Of a DNA stretch of 64,000 nucleotides, positions 27,120 through 39,710 are shown piece after piece (position 1 is the first letter of the stretch; each line of letters opens with the position of its first letter). Both the position numbers and the translations under genes were made by a program. The notes beneath the pieces are model-generated. The model worked only from the letters and a program-made list of their open reading frames with translations, was not told where the DNA came from and ran no database searches. Origin of the DNA: Lingula anatina (lineage: Eukaryota > Animalia > Brachiopoda); the NCBI GenBank assembly GCA_051362555.1, contig CM120646.1, positions 3,720,001 through 3,784,000 on the forward strand, written 5' to 3'.

Positions 27120-28354
27120 GATATTTAATTTAAGGTGCAATAAGTGCATATAGATGCTCATCCAGTGGTTTATTAGGTTAACTCTAGTTTACAATTGTTC
27201 CCTTTGTTGTAAACTTGAGATTTGATCTGATGCCATTGCCGCATCAGGTATTATAACACTAAGATGTTCGCACTTGTACAAAGTTGATATTTGTTTGTTT
27301 GTTTTTTTTTTTTTTTTTTTTTTTTATTATTCATTTCCATGACACTTAAAATGTTTGCACTAGTAAAATGTTGATAGTTTTAATTTATTATCATGGAAAC
27401 TAAAGGCACTAATTCTCAGTGGCCCATGTACATTTATATCTATAAACCTTGAATGAATGTTGTTGAATTTGGTTAAAAGCGCTAAAAAGGGAACGACAGA
27501 ACGTTCTCCGCAGATTTTTCTTAACTATAGGTTACGTATGCAAGGCAGCTTTTACAGTATGTTCTCATTTTAAAACTTCACGTTCCGGTGAAACCAGACA
27601 CATTCATCATGTCTGTGATATGCAGGTTGTCTTTTAATGGTAGGTGTAACGACAGTATACAGCCATCTGTATGTTACAGCATTTTTCAAATGCACGGAGG
27701 GATTTGCATAAGGGTTGAGAACAAGTTGGTATTGGATTTGGATCAATGTAATGAAGTCTTATACATTATGTAATAGAACATAGAGGTACCTTCATACCTT
27801 AGTCGCCGAATAATGCGTTTGTGAAAGCAGTCGTTTTCATGTTTATTTTTCGTGCATTTATGATTTCTAGGAGGCAGGAAATAGAAGAGAGCACAAGACA
27901 GACAGCTAGAGTACAAAGTGTAGATCCTAGGGGTTGCTGCATATTTAGCAATAACGTAGATCGTTACTTGTTAACCCCCAATGGCAAGATTTACGTCTGC
28001 TTTCAAGGGATCCGTTCTCGAATTTTCCAGATCATTCTTTACAGAAGACACAGTGCTATAGACTACGAAACATTTCTAAAAATTTACGTCAAAGATTTGT
28101 TTCTCTACTTTTTGGATCCTCGATTTTACAAAAAATTTTGCTGTATAATGTCACATTGCTTTGTGAACACTCATGTTTTCCCAGTCCCAAGTCATTCGCA
28201 AATTGCACTAGAAACTACTGAGAGAAAATGGGTTTAAATGGTATTTTATGATAAATGTAACTCTTACATAGGTATGTATTTGCTAAACGCATTCACTCAT
28301 ATACACGAACATTTTAGTACTGCCCACATGGTAATACTTACATGTATAACAAGG

Positions 28355-28625
28355 CATTGGATGAGACCATAACTTTGTCAATATGTCGGAATTGAAAATG
28401 GCAAAATCATTTGGAAAATATCCCTCATTAAACTTTAAAATTCTTACCTTGTTGTTAAGTTTCACGAAAAATAAAGAACGTTGAAAACGCCTCCCTGGTC
28501 TTCAAAAAAATAATGTCGCCCTCAACCTTAAGACTCTGACTTCCTACGCTCTGCCGATATTACTGATATATGAACACAGTGATGAGACTGCCAACGTGTT
28601 AAATGTCACGACCACATTGCGCATG
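28355..28625 (-). promoter_or_regulatory. Putative non-coding first exon and promoter of CARNS1-like copy 2
   Basis: Paralogous to 16440-16710. It keeps the minus-strand donor (ttcttacctt at 28441-28450), the block tactgatatatgaacacagtgatgagactgccaacgtg and a TGCGCATG motif. Confidence 0.45.
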
Positions 28626-30914
28626 TGTCACACACAACGTAACCATGCATATTACGCAAGCAGCTTTACCAGTCATTCTTTGCTAGTGGTGCACTGCAGG
28701 GGGGCCATAACAAGAATGTTATTTAAATTTAGATAGCCAACCAAATTCTCATGACATCGTTGTGTATGTTTCAATAACAAATCAAAGAAGCTGCATGAGC
28801 AAGGAGGATGCTGTTATAAAAGCAAAATAAGAGAAAAAGCAGAAAATATATCGAAATTACCCTCAAAATGGCGTCCTTTTTTGTGGAATTTCGACCCTAC
28901 CTCTATTTAGGAACAGTTTGTTTAGGGTTTGAATGAATTATTGAAGCAGGGAATACACCTACTGCAAGAAGATATAATAAACAGAATGTGCAAATGGTTA
29001 TTTAAATAAAAATTTATTTGAAGTGACTGAAAAATGATCACAAAATTAGCTTAACTTACGATACATGCGGTGTCCCACCCCGATGAAAATTTCATCTAAT
29101 CCTATCTTTTTGTATTAAAACTGTTCAATCGTCCAAAGTAGTATGTCGGTTAGTTTGTGTCAAGAAATCCATGATAATATCAGTTTTCTTAAGAATTTCA
29201 CATTTATTGCTCAGCAAGGTCAATTTTTCTTCACCGCGTCCCAATATAACGTTCGCAACGGTGAAACTTCAGAGATCGATTCTTATCAGACGACTTTAAA
29301 ATGCCGCGTGAAATTTATACATCGATAGCGATCTTCTTCCATACTCACTAACTGATGACGTCTACACACGAATGGCTTCTTTTGCACACTAAAAAAACCA
29401 GCTCAAACTGGCGGGTGGTCCATTCTGATAACATATCACGCAATGACGCTGTCGAGATAGGATGCAGGGCACAGGTGTAATTCCCTTGATTTAACCGTCA
29501 CAGGATTGTTTATTGGGATCTTCTTTGTATGAAGGTGAGAAATAATGAGTTTCGTTTCATTTTTCTTCAATTGTTTCAACATATTTGTGTACCGATTGAT
29601 TTTTACCATTCTATAAGTAGGGTGACTTCGTCTGAACTTTCGTTTTGCGTCTGTGTCACATGGGGGACTTAAGGTCATATTGAACATGGTGAAGCGGTGA
29701 TACCGTATTCATGTTCTCTTGTTCTCGAAAACTCAATCATCGAAATTGAATTACTTTTTTTAAGTTTTGTCTTAAATTAAGCGGCTACACTGTATTCCGT
29801 GCGTTTAAAATTTAACCGTCTGTAAAAACAGCAATACTGGATTACTAGCAACACCTACGTTACGCAATGAAGCACCGAAAATGGGTGAAGAAAATGTGTC
29901 TCAGTAATGCGTGTTTGCCACTCATAATGCACTGTACTTTGTTTGAATAAGCAATAAACTATTTGTGATCTTAGGTTATCCATTGTTCGTTATCAGAGTT
30001 AACAGATTCTTTGTGTGATTTTTTTTCAGAATCCCAAGAGTGGATGCCTTAGTGAGCACAGAACAGATATCACCATTGGTCTACATATGTCAGGAAGAAT
30101 GTTATAATTATGAACTTTGTGTTACACTGAACTTCATTTTGTTAAATTTTGTATTTAACTGAACTTTATTGTGTTAAAATAATAATAAAAAAATAATAAT
30201 TCTGATAAAAAACTACAATCTGGAACATTCTTTAGATCAACTTTGTTCAGTGTGTGTCCCATATGACAGAGTTACAGTAAATAAAATATGTGCATTATTC
30301 CTCTGTGTTTGTCAATTCCATTTTAAAAGCATGTGAAAGTGGTGTGCCCCTCATGATTGAAGTGTGTATGGATAATAGCAAAAATATTGTTATTATTTAC
30401 ATGATTATAAAAAGTTTTTGTACCCGCGTCAATAATGTTACCGTGACCCACATATTCACCATTTTTATTAATTATGAAATGTGGATTAAATTCTTCAAAA
30501 CCAGTTTTGAAGCATTGAGACAACACCCCCTTATGATTTAAACTAAAACGGAAAACATTCCATTAGACTTTCATTAGTTTGTGCAAAATATATTACCCAG
30601 GGTAACGCGTCTTGGATTTGGTGGGTATAGCTGTTCAACTCTCCTGTGTGCAGCTGCTGTTTCCCTTTTTATGAAATGATAAACTGTGATGGTGTAGCTA
30701 TCACATCGCAAAATTACAGCTTCCCAGAGAAAGTTTGAAATTTTCGGTCAAATTCAACATTTTGTAACCACTAGCAAAGAATGACAGTTATGTAATTTGG
30801 AGATGCAAATTTCCACAAAAAAACCTCTTGAAGATAATTCTAATTATCAAAATAGGTACCTCAATAAGGTTTTCCCAAGTGTATGTTTCAAGCTAGTTAT
30901 TACCTCCGCCAAGG

Positions 30915-32284
30915 TCAATTGAAATGTGCAGAGTGCCTGAAATATGGAAGACAGCAACCATCATACCTGTGCCAAAAAGTAAAACTGTAGAGAATTTAAA
31001 TGATTTCCGTCCTGTTGCTTTGACACCGGTGCCTATGAAGATATTCGAAAAACTTGTTCTGTCTTTTATTAAAACTTTAGTGCCAAATAGCTTTGATCCA
31101 CTGCAATTTGCCTACCGCAGTAACAGAAGTGTAGACGATGCTCTTTCTATGTGTTTACACAAAGTTCTCGAACATCTCGATTGTAAAAATGCCTATGTTA
31201 GAATTTTATTTGTTGACTATAGCTCAGCATTTAATACTATTGTACCAAGCAAATTGTATTTTAAACTTTTGGATGATCTTAATTTTCCACCAGCACTCTG
31301 CGATTGGATTTTAGATTTTCTTTTAAACAGAAAACAGTCAGTAAAAGTCGGTTTTAACTTCTCGGACACTATAGCTTTAAACACTGGCACACCCCAGGGC
31401 TGCGTCTTATCACCTTGTTTATATACGTTATTCACCCACGACTGTGTGGCGAGGGAGGAAAATACATTTTTAATGAATTTTGCCGATGACACAACTTTAG
31501 TCGGCTTGATACACCATAATGATGAGATGTCATACACGCAGTCGGTTACAAGTTTAGTAAATTGGTGCACAGACAATGACTTGATATTAAATGTGAGCAA
31601 AACAAAAGAAATGATCATAGACTTCAGAAGAAATCAGATAAGTAAAAATCCCTTGGAAGTTAACGGTAAAGCGGTCGAACAGGTTTCTAATTATAAATTA
31701 CTAAGGGTTCAGCTGAATAATAGGTTAACCTGGGGCGATAACATCACGAAGCTATTGAAAAAGGCACGTCAACGAATGTATTTCTTAAGGAAATTGAAAG
31801 CTTTTACCAGAAATGTGTTTATTTTAACGAACTTTTACAGGTGTGTTTTAGAGAGTATTTTAACTTTTTCAGTAACTGTTTGGTATGGACGTGCAACTGT
31901 GGAGGAGAGGAACAAGTTGGAAAAGATCGTCGAAACTGCAGGGATTGTAATTGGAACAAATCTAACTCCCGTCCATACTATATATCTAGACAGGACTAAA
32001 AAGAAAACATTATCAATAATGACAGACAGTTCCCATCCAGCCCATACCCTTTTTAAATTTTTACCTAGCAATTCGAGACTCTTAGCTTTTAAGGGTAGTA
32101 AGCGATTTTTAAATAGCTTTTATCCTTCGGCAGTAACTATTTTTAACTCTAACATGTAATTTTAATTTTCATTTTTTATATTTCAATGGCGCTACTACAG
32201 GGCAAAAGATTCCCGATTTTATACATTTGTATTTTATTGGCTTAATGAATTATTATTATTATCATTATTATTATTATTATTATT
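30915..32284 (+). mobile_element. 5'-truncated LINE (Rex1/Babar-like) with (TTA)n tail
   Basis: RT ORF 30924-32159, a short 3' UTR and a (TTA)n tail at about 32250-32284. AAGG is duplicated at 30911-14 and 32285-88. Confidence 0.9.
30924..32159 (+). CDS. Reverse transcriptase (non-LTR retrotransposon ORF, N-terminally truncated)
   Basis: Uninterrupted 411 aa ORF with NDFRPVALT, DPLQFAYR, LFVDYSSAFNTI, GTPQGCVLSP, FADDT and LNVSKTKEMIIDFR. No endonuclease domain is present. Confidence 0.93.
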   Translation: MCRVPEIWKTATIIPVPKSKTVENLNDFRPVALTPVPMKIFEKLVLSFIKTLVPNSFDPLQFAYRSNRSVDDALSMCLHKVLEHLDCKNAYVRILFVDYSSAFNTIVPSKLYFKLLDDLNFPPALCDWILDFLLNRKQSVKVGFNFSDTIALNTGTPQGCVLSPCLYTLFTHDCVAREENTFLMNFADDTTLVGLIHHNDEMSYTQSVTSLVNWCTDNDLILNVSKTKEMIIDFRRNQISKNPLEVNGKAVEQVSNYKLLRVQLNNRLTWGDNITKLLKKARQRMYFLRKLKAFTRNVFILTNFYRCVLESILTFSVTVWYGRATVEERNKLEKIVETAGIVIGTNLTPVHTIYLDRTKKKTLSIMTDSSHPAHTLFKFLPSNSRLLAFKGSKRFLNSFYPSAVTIFNSNM

Positions 32285-34064
32285 AAGGAGGTTATGTTTT
32301 TGGTTCCGTTAGTTTGTCTGTCTGTCTATCTGCCTGTCTGTCTGTCTGCCTGCTAGCAACATTTCAGAAAAAGTTATGGACCGATTTTGATGAAATTTTC
32401 AGGAACTGTCAGAAGTGGGCCAAGGAACAGATTGTTAGTTTTTGGTGGTGATCAGGATCGATAATCAATCAATAATCAAAAATAAAAGAACTAAGTTTTT
32501 GACCGATTTTAGATGAAATTTATTGGAACTGTCAGAATTTTGCCAAGCAACAAATGATTGGTTTTTGGTGGTGATCCGGATCATTAATCGATCAATTATC
32601 AATAATCAAAAAACTAAATCATTATAGAATGAAATTTTAGAGGCGAAACGGCATTGAGTGGAGACTTTGCTGCCTTGGCGGAGGTCTGCGCTCTCGTAGT
32701 GCTTTTCTAGTTCATTAATAAAGTCAGGTTATAATACGCTTGGGACTTGGTACATTCCCTCGGTACAAAGCTAGAGATATAAGCCTACGGTGAGAGCGCC
32801 ACGTTTAATTGCCCCGTACCATGCAGCCGATATTGAGCTATACATTGCATGGAATTTTCAAGAAATCCGAACTAACGACAAAAATAGAGATACGGAATTT
32901 TAAAACATTATTTCGACTACGTCTCGTCCAGTCGATTTAAAGGTACCAGTGTATTTTTAATAGACGTTCTTCGTAATATATCATTTTACCAATTCAACAG
33001 TTTGTGTCCAGTTTTATTCATTTTTCAATATATAAAAGCATTTTATTTGTGAGGGTGTGCCGTAGGACCTTACGGTTCGGGTAATCGTCAAAATGGATAC
33101 CAGCTCTTTACACAGAATTCCCTCGAAAAATGCACAAATTGTCGCGTAAATGCTGTCATTACTTCAACTCAATGTAGTGTGTCTCCTTTGAAGGTTACAT
33201 ACCCTTTTGATCCATGTCAGGCTAGATGGACATTGTATATAACTATTTGTTTATTTTTTATTATATGATGTCCATTCACATTTGCTTTTAAAATGTACGA
33301 TATTTTCAATGATGACAACACGAAAGTGCTCTGCATGTGCATTAAAGTCATGATATGAAATTTGAGTACAAAAAAGCAAATATCAAGTAAGTATATATAC
33401 ATGTACTAAGCTGTAAGTGGATTTCTACTTTAAATCTTTATCTAAACACTAACGTGTACCGTTCAGAATTTTTTCATTAGTAAAGACCATTATTCTGTTA
33501 TAGCTAAAATTTAAATAAATTTAATATATTCTGCATCAATACTACATGTATGTGCGTTTAAAATTAGTCACGAATACGGATTTGCAGTAACTGTAACCCT
33601 ATGTTTACTATATATATAGTCATATATACGGATTTTTAGTAACTGTAACCATTGGTTACTATATCCAGACACAATAAATGACTTTCAGCGTTGACGCTGA
33701 ATATAAAATACACCTGCAGGGTGTATATGTCCACGTACATCTTATGGAGAGTATTCAGACAGGCCTTGGTGTTAAAAACATCTGGCTTGATACATGTAAT
33801 ATATATAGAACAGTATTTATGGTAAAAAACGTTTCGATCAAATCTAACATAAGATTTGAAAATATGCTCTTCTGAAGACCTTATTTGCCCTGGTAGAAAA
33901 AGTTAAGTTCACTTAGTACATTTTTTGTACACATGCACTCAAAGCTAGAAAGCCTCCCCCACCCCCCTCGCAAAAACTCTCCACCGGTCACGATTGTGAT
34001 CATTCTGTCTGCTTAAAGCATGGACCCACAGACCTCCGTCAGACCGCCTCTGTATGTTGTTCCC

Positions 34065-34400
34065 ATAATAAGACCACGCCAATAGCACCATAATTCAAAA
34101 TGTCTTATTTCTTCATGTCTGAGTTTTTCACAAACCAACATTCCGCGCCATGTGAAGCAATAGAAAAATCTGAAAGCTGAGCATTCTCTTCTTTGTGTTA
34201 AGAGATATGTTTTCCAGAGTGTCATCGTAATGGTCAGTGAATATTGCACCAAGATAGATTAATTGTTTCACATTTTCTGCTTTTTCAGTATTGATCAGGA
34301 TATGGCTGCTCCCATCGTTTTCCTCAGTCTCTCTGTATTTTCATCACTTTTTGATTTTTTTCTAAAGCGTTTAGAAAAAGATCAACTTTCTCGCTTTCTG
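34065..34400 (-). mobile_element. Degenerate RTE-clade LINE fragment downstream of CARNS1-like copy 3
   Basis: Frameshifted minus-strand peptides ENVKQLIYLGAIFTDHYDD, FSIASHGAECWFVKNSD and IRHFELWCYWR match RTE RT C-terminal motifs (F.YLGS; YG.E.W...FE.WC.RR). Confidence 0.72.
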
Positions 34401-34544
34401 TTCTCATCCTGTCGACCGATTCTTGTGGTTTAAACACAAAGCGTGCAAAAAGGACTACATTATTGGCGTATCTCAGGTTCGACACATTTTTCCCTCAACA
34501 TTGACATTTCCTTCATAATCTTCAAAATTAAGGTACCATTTCCA

Positions 34545-37500
34545 TTAATAAGACGGCGATTGTACGAACGTAGACAGAACGTACTCTGCAGGGTGCTCTT
34601 GGGTGTCAACACCATATTTCCTGCATACAGCCAACAGCTGCTTTTTTGCCTCACTTACGGATTTCTCCTTTACAGATATCGCACAAAAGCCGCACTCATT
34701 GTCCGTGTTCTCTTCCTTCAGGGGTTCCATTTCATAGTAAATTATCTCGCCTCGCTCGTGTGCCTCTGCGAGGATCTCCGGTGTGGCAATTCCCGGTCGC
34801 GACAACGCCTTAGAGTGGGCTGCAGGAGAGCATAAAATCGCCATGAACTGACAAGTTGGTTCAAATGGCTGGATGTTTGGTTGGATCCCACAAACGATCA
34901 GAAAATTAAGGAAAAGGATGTCCGTTTCGTACACGGTGCGCACCCAGTTCCTGTAAAACCAGGCACACATTCGTCCGTTGATCTCGATCAGTTTGGGACC
35001 CGTGGGTGTCATTTTAAACTCGACGTTGAATACTCCGTCCGTGTGACCCACGCCGCTAATACATTGTAAGGCTGCTGTTATCAGGTGCCTCTGCCTCTCA
35101 GGGTTTAAACACGACGGCATACAAGTTGAGGTCTCAAAAAACTGCGGGATGCGGGTTGGACCACAATCTGAGACGAACGCGGCTAAAAGTTTCCCTCTGT
35201 ACACGACGATCTCAACTCCGTGTTTTGTTCCCTGTGCATATTCGGTTAAGTGCATTGCGCTCCCGTGGTTCTTCCCAAAAGGTGGGTCGTTTGTCATTTT
35301 TTCGCTGTTCTTGGTGTTAACTAAATATTTCATGCATTCTGCCTCATCTTTGACTAAGTTGACTCCATAGGAACATGCCCCGAACTCGGGCTTCAATAGG
35401 GCTGGATACTGGATATGGTTTGACGATCCAGTCACATCTTCTGGTTGACTAATTCCGTGCGTCTTGACAGCAAACAGAGACGGATTGGGCAAAAAAGGCA
35501 CATTAACTCTTGATTGTTCTAAAGATTTTTGACTGAGACTTTTCTTCTTGGACTTTCTTGCAGCTTCGGGTGTACTTCCGATCATGCGCAGTGCCTTGCA
35601 CACCAATGACGTCAAAGGAACGTAATCGTCCACCACGGTCATGCAGCCGTCTATGGCTAGATCATGTGTGCGTACTAACTGGACAATTTTCTCTGCATTG
35701 ATATCCTCGTTGTTGCGATCTCCTATTACGCACTGAATGAACTTGTGGACGCATTTATCTGCCTTATTGTTGGGATCCCCATCAACCAAGGTTATCTGAA
35801 ATATGATATCATAGCTTTTTATGATGTTAATGATGTACAAGCGCCGTTGTACATGTAAGCGCTATGGCTAAAAATGCTTAAAATCTGATTCAATATCTGG
35901 TCATGTATACATTGCTAATATTAATTTTTTTAAAAATGACACCAAAACATTGACCATGATAGTTTTTATCAAAATAGAGACAATAATATTCTTGACAGAT
36001 CAACAAAATGAGGGGTACCCGTTAAACAATAAAAAAAAAAAACAAAAAAACAGTCGTACAAAGAATGAAAGAAATTAATGAAAAATTAAAACAATGTTGG
36101 TATTTTAGTGGTACATATATATTTTTAATTTGCGCGTGTGTAAACTTTGATTTTTTCCTGTTTCGTTCAACACTTACTTTGACATTGTATTCCCTCACAG
36201 CTTCCCAAACAAATTCTTCTCCCGCGCCTATAAGTAGAATATGCTTTCCTTGAAGAAGGAACCGCTGACTGCAGTTGACCATGGTTGCCACCAGGGGTCG
36301 CACGCTGCTTCCAAGCTTTGAGAGGTTTTGAAACTCGTGGATCTGCGAGTTCGCGATGGTTTTCCTGCTGTTACTGATACTTACAGCCACGGCGTCATAA
36401 CTGCCGTCTTCTTGATGGGTCAGGACAAAATTGACACCTGTAAATATCATGCGTCAGCAAACTAACTGGCGTAAGTAGACTACATTGTACGTTATGATAG
36501 TAATAGTGGCCCATTCTGTGTTCACAATTAAAGATGATGCGAAACATGTAAGGTGTTTTGTTCAACCCGAATTTATACAAAATATGGAATCATTATGTTT
36601 GATTGATATTTATAAGAACTTTTGGATACGTTCCATACCTGGGAGCAATCAACGGTTACTTTGGATGGGGATTTTTACCGAAGACCATTTTGTTCACCTT
36701 CACTCAGACTATCGAAAGTGTACCGTTGAATTATGGTATAGAACCCAACTTTTTCACTGCTTACCTAGTACGTTTGTTCTCATCAACGATCCCCCGATTT
36801 CTTCCTTCTTCAATTTGCTTTCGTACCTCATCCAGTTTTCTAATATTACTTCCGCCTTTGCCTTGATCATGGAGCGTATCTGTTGAATAACGTAAAAAGT
36901 AATATGCCAAATAGTGGGTTAACTCCACTGACTAATAATAAATACCTTCTACAGTAAAACAGTGTTGGGCAAATACTTTCGGTTGATTAATTAATATCTG
37001 CAATAACAATAAAAATAAATAAAATATGAAGGAAATAAACCCAAATATTTAAAGGTGGGATTGATCTAAGTGTGCTTTCTAGACGGATAAAATACTTAAA
37101 AACGCTATATCTTACAAGCATAATCACCAGACGATGAACTGTATTTCACTTTCACAAATTTAATTGGCCTATTTTTACTTTACGTGGCAAATGAAATGCA
37201 CCAGAAGTTGCGAGTTTTGCAACGTTTTAAAAGTTGAGTGCTGTCGGGCGGATGTATTAGGCAGATATACATACGCGTGGCACTGGGGTAGGCACGGCAT
37301 TGGGTCGGGTGCTTGTACAGGGTGTATACTTAATGTGAGACTTAATACATGATGATGATCAGGCAGTACCGTGACAAAATTTTTCTACAAAAAAAAACCG
37401 TGAAGGGAAGTTTCCCATTTTTGAATAAAACAATGAAATAATCCTCACCTGCACGCACCAATCGCACCGCTAAATTTTCAAAGGTATAATTTGGGGGGAC

Positions 37501-38439
37501 AGAAACCCGTTTCACAATCAGAGCGAAAGAGAGGAAGGGAGCGAGCGAACTTTAAACTGCTAAACTGGTAAAGTCAGCTATGCAAAGATTCAGTCCCTAG
37601 GTTATTTCCCACTCCAAACCGATAGAATGAGTTACACTGTAAGCGGCCAGTTATACCTCTAGCAAATGGCAACTTGGCCGGTTCTCTGATTCATAGCATT
37701 CTCGGCTAAGAACGAGAAGTATTTAGTGAATCTGGGCTCTGGCGTACACTTTACGATGTGCTTACACTCACCTTTTCAATTTCGGATCTTTCTTGAAACC
37801 CCCATTGGCTGAGAAAGCCCTCTAGTGACAGTGGTAGCGTATTGCCTCCGTCTAGCGGTTTGTCCGCGTGACCAACGCCGCAGACGATGTCCGAAACCAG
37901 TTGATTCCCGTTGGGAGTGCAGCAGACGACAGCTCGGATTGTGCAAGACAATGCTTGGGTCTTCATGCCAACTAAAATATAATATGTATACAAGCGAAAT
38001 TGAAAAACGCAATAAAATAAAATGACTTGGCAAACGTTCAGAAATGAAACAAAATTATTGTAAGCTGAATCCAAGTAGTAAGAGTATTGTAAACCTAAAA
38101 ACCCGAAACACGTACCTGCCTGTTCCTCGTAGTCAAGATGAGGGACAGGTAGTAGTTTAAGGGTCTCACAAAATGCCTCCACAATGATGCTCTCCCCCTC
38201 TTCTAGGACATCTAGACCTTGACACATGGCGCTGTAGACGCCAGCTTGGTCATGGGCAGAATGGTAGGACACACCTGGTGATGCAGAGCCAGGCACCTTG
38301 ACGACTACCTTCAACGATATTATAAAACTCCGCTGCAAAACGATATTTTAAAGATTGCAACGTTTAACAGTTTTATATGACATGTCAATTTACACGAAAC
38401 TGAAACGATATGTATCTCTCTCTCAATCACGCACGCACG

Positions 38440-38479
<40 letters not shown>

Positions 38480-39710
38480 ACGACCAAAATTACATATACC
38501 TTCTCAATGCCCTTCTTCAACAGACGCTTAAGAAACACGCCCAGCTGACTCCTGATATTCTCTTTTCCGTCCTCCTTATTTCTTACAGGGACCACCGAAA
38601 TATCATGGTCTCCCAAGTTGTAGGAAATCTTTGGTCTGAACGGGAATGCGAGCGTGTCGGGATAGGCAACGCCAGCGTCCGCCACCAGAATACGCGTGAG
38701 AATTCGATCATCCAAACGTTTCACCATCTCTTCTGTGACTCCAACTGGACATTCTAAATCCCTCTCGAAGTTTAAAAAGTTATTACTGGGCGAGCGTGCA
38801 TCCGCTTTCTCGTTCCCTGTTAAAGTACGTTTAACTGTTATCATCATCATCATGTCCATTTTATAAAAAAAATGAATTATAAGTTAATAAATAATGGATT
38901 TAAATTGTTTGCAAACAATGAACCCTACATGCGTGTACTGATGTAAATCATAACGCTAAAAGCATGAATCAAAAGCAATAACAATTTGAATGATATATGA
39001 AAATATATAAATATAGGTGTGTAAATATATATAAGAGTTATTTGACATCTTATCACTGTTAATTGACAGGCATTACCTGTGACAAGGTTCATAAAGTAAT
39101 TGACACGACGAGGCGGGGTGAAGATGTCCAAAAATGTTCGACCACAAGAGTCAAATGTGACAGCCTTGCGTACTCGTAAGGTTTGCAGATCTCTTTCATT
39201 GGTTGGTTCTTTCTGAAGCCATGTTAAAGAGGGTACCAGTAACATACCACCAGGACACTGCTTCCCACCCTCTAAACACAGGTTCAGACAGGTGAGAGGT
39301 TCCCCCAGTACCACCATCGTGATCTCTTCAACTGTGGGATTAGGTCGCGGATTCTGTAAATTAAATTGGACAGTTTTCCTGGAAGCATCATCGTTCCACG
39401 GTTTCACTAGAGGATTACACATACAGATTAATTACGCAAATCGCTCGTCCTGCAGCTTGTTCATTTAACACACGGCATGGAACAAGAGGCTTGTTAGGGT
39501 TTCATGTAATATTTATTCGCAACAGCTCATTTGCTGCTAAATCGCTTGCATACAAGTTACATTTGAAGTATACCAGTATGTATTTTCGAAATACTGCCTT
39601 ACCTGAGTTCTATCTTCAGTTTCCGGCAAATTGCAAAAACTCAGTCCCTGCTGCAAATCATGCCAGAACCGGCTTGTCTCGATTTCTTGGTCCACACAAA
39701 AGGATTCCAT
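34545..39710 (-). CDS. CARNS1: Carnosine synthase 1-like ATP-grasp ligase, copy 3 (906 aa, intact, most divergent)
   Basis: Exons 39603-39710, 39077-39353, 38500-38816, 38116-38308, 37772-37971, 36765-36879, 36178-36437, 34545-35795. They total 2721 nt with the same intron phases as copies 1 and 2. Confidence 0.93.

Larger units (their letters stand above)
30897..32710 (+). mobile_element. Non-autonomous Helentron-associated element (HINE/DINE-1-like), split by a LINE
   Basis: 13-bp sub-TIR acctccgccaagg (30902-14) / ccttggcggaggt (32673-85). (GTCT)n-type microsatellite at 32315-32353. Two internal repeats of about 122 bp. 3' hairpin gcgct-ctcgt-agtgc followed by ttttctag, with T-rich flanks. 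Absent from the paralogous site near 20240-20290. Confidence 0.85.

Noticed and set aside
28690-30780. Unit-2-specific 2 kb insertion
   Set aside because: It is likely mobile DNA, but I identified no convincing termini or coding remnants.
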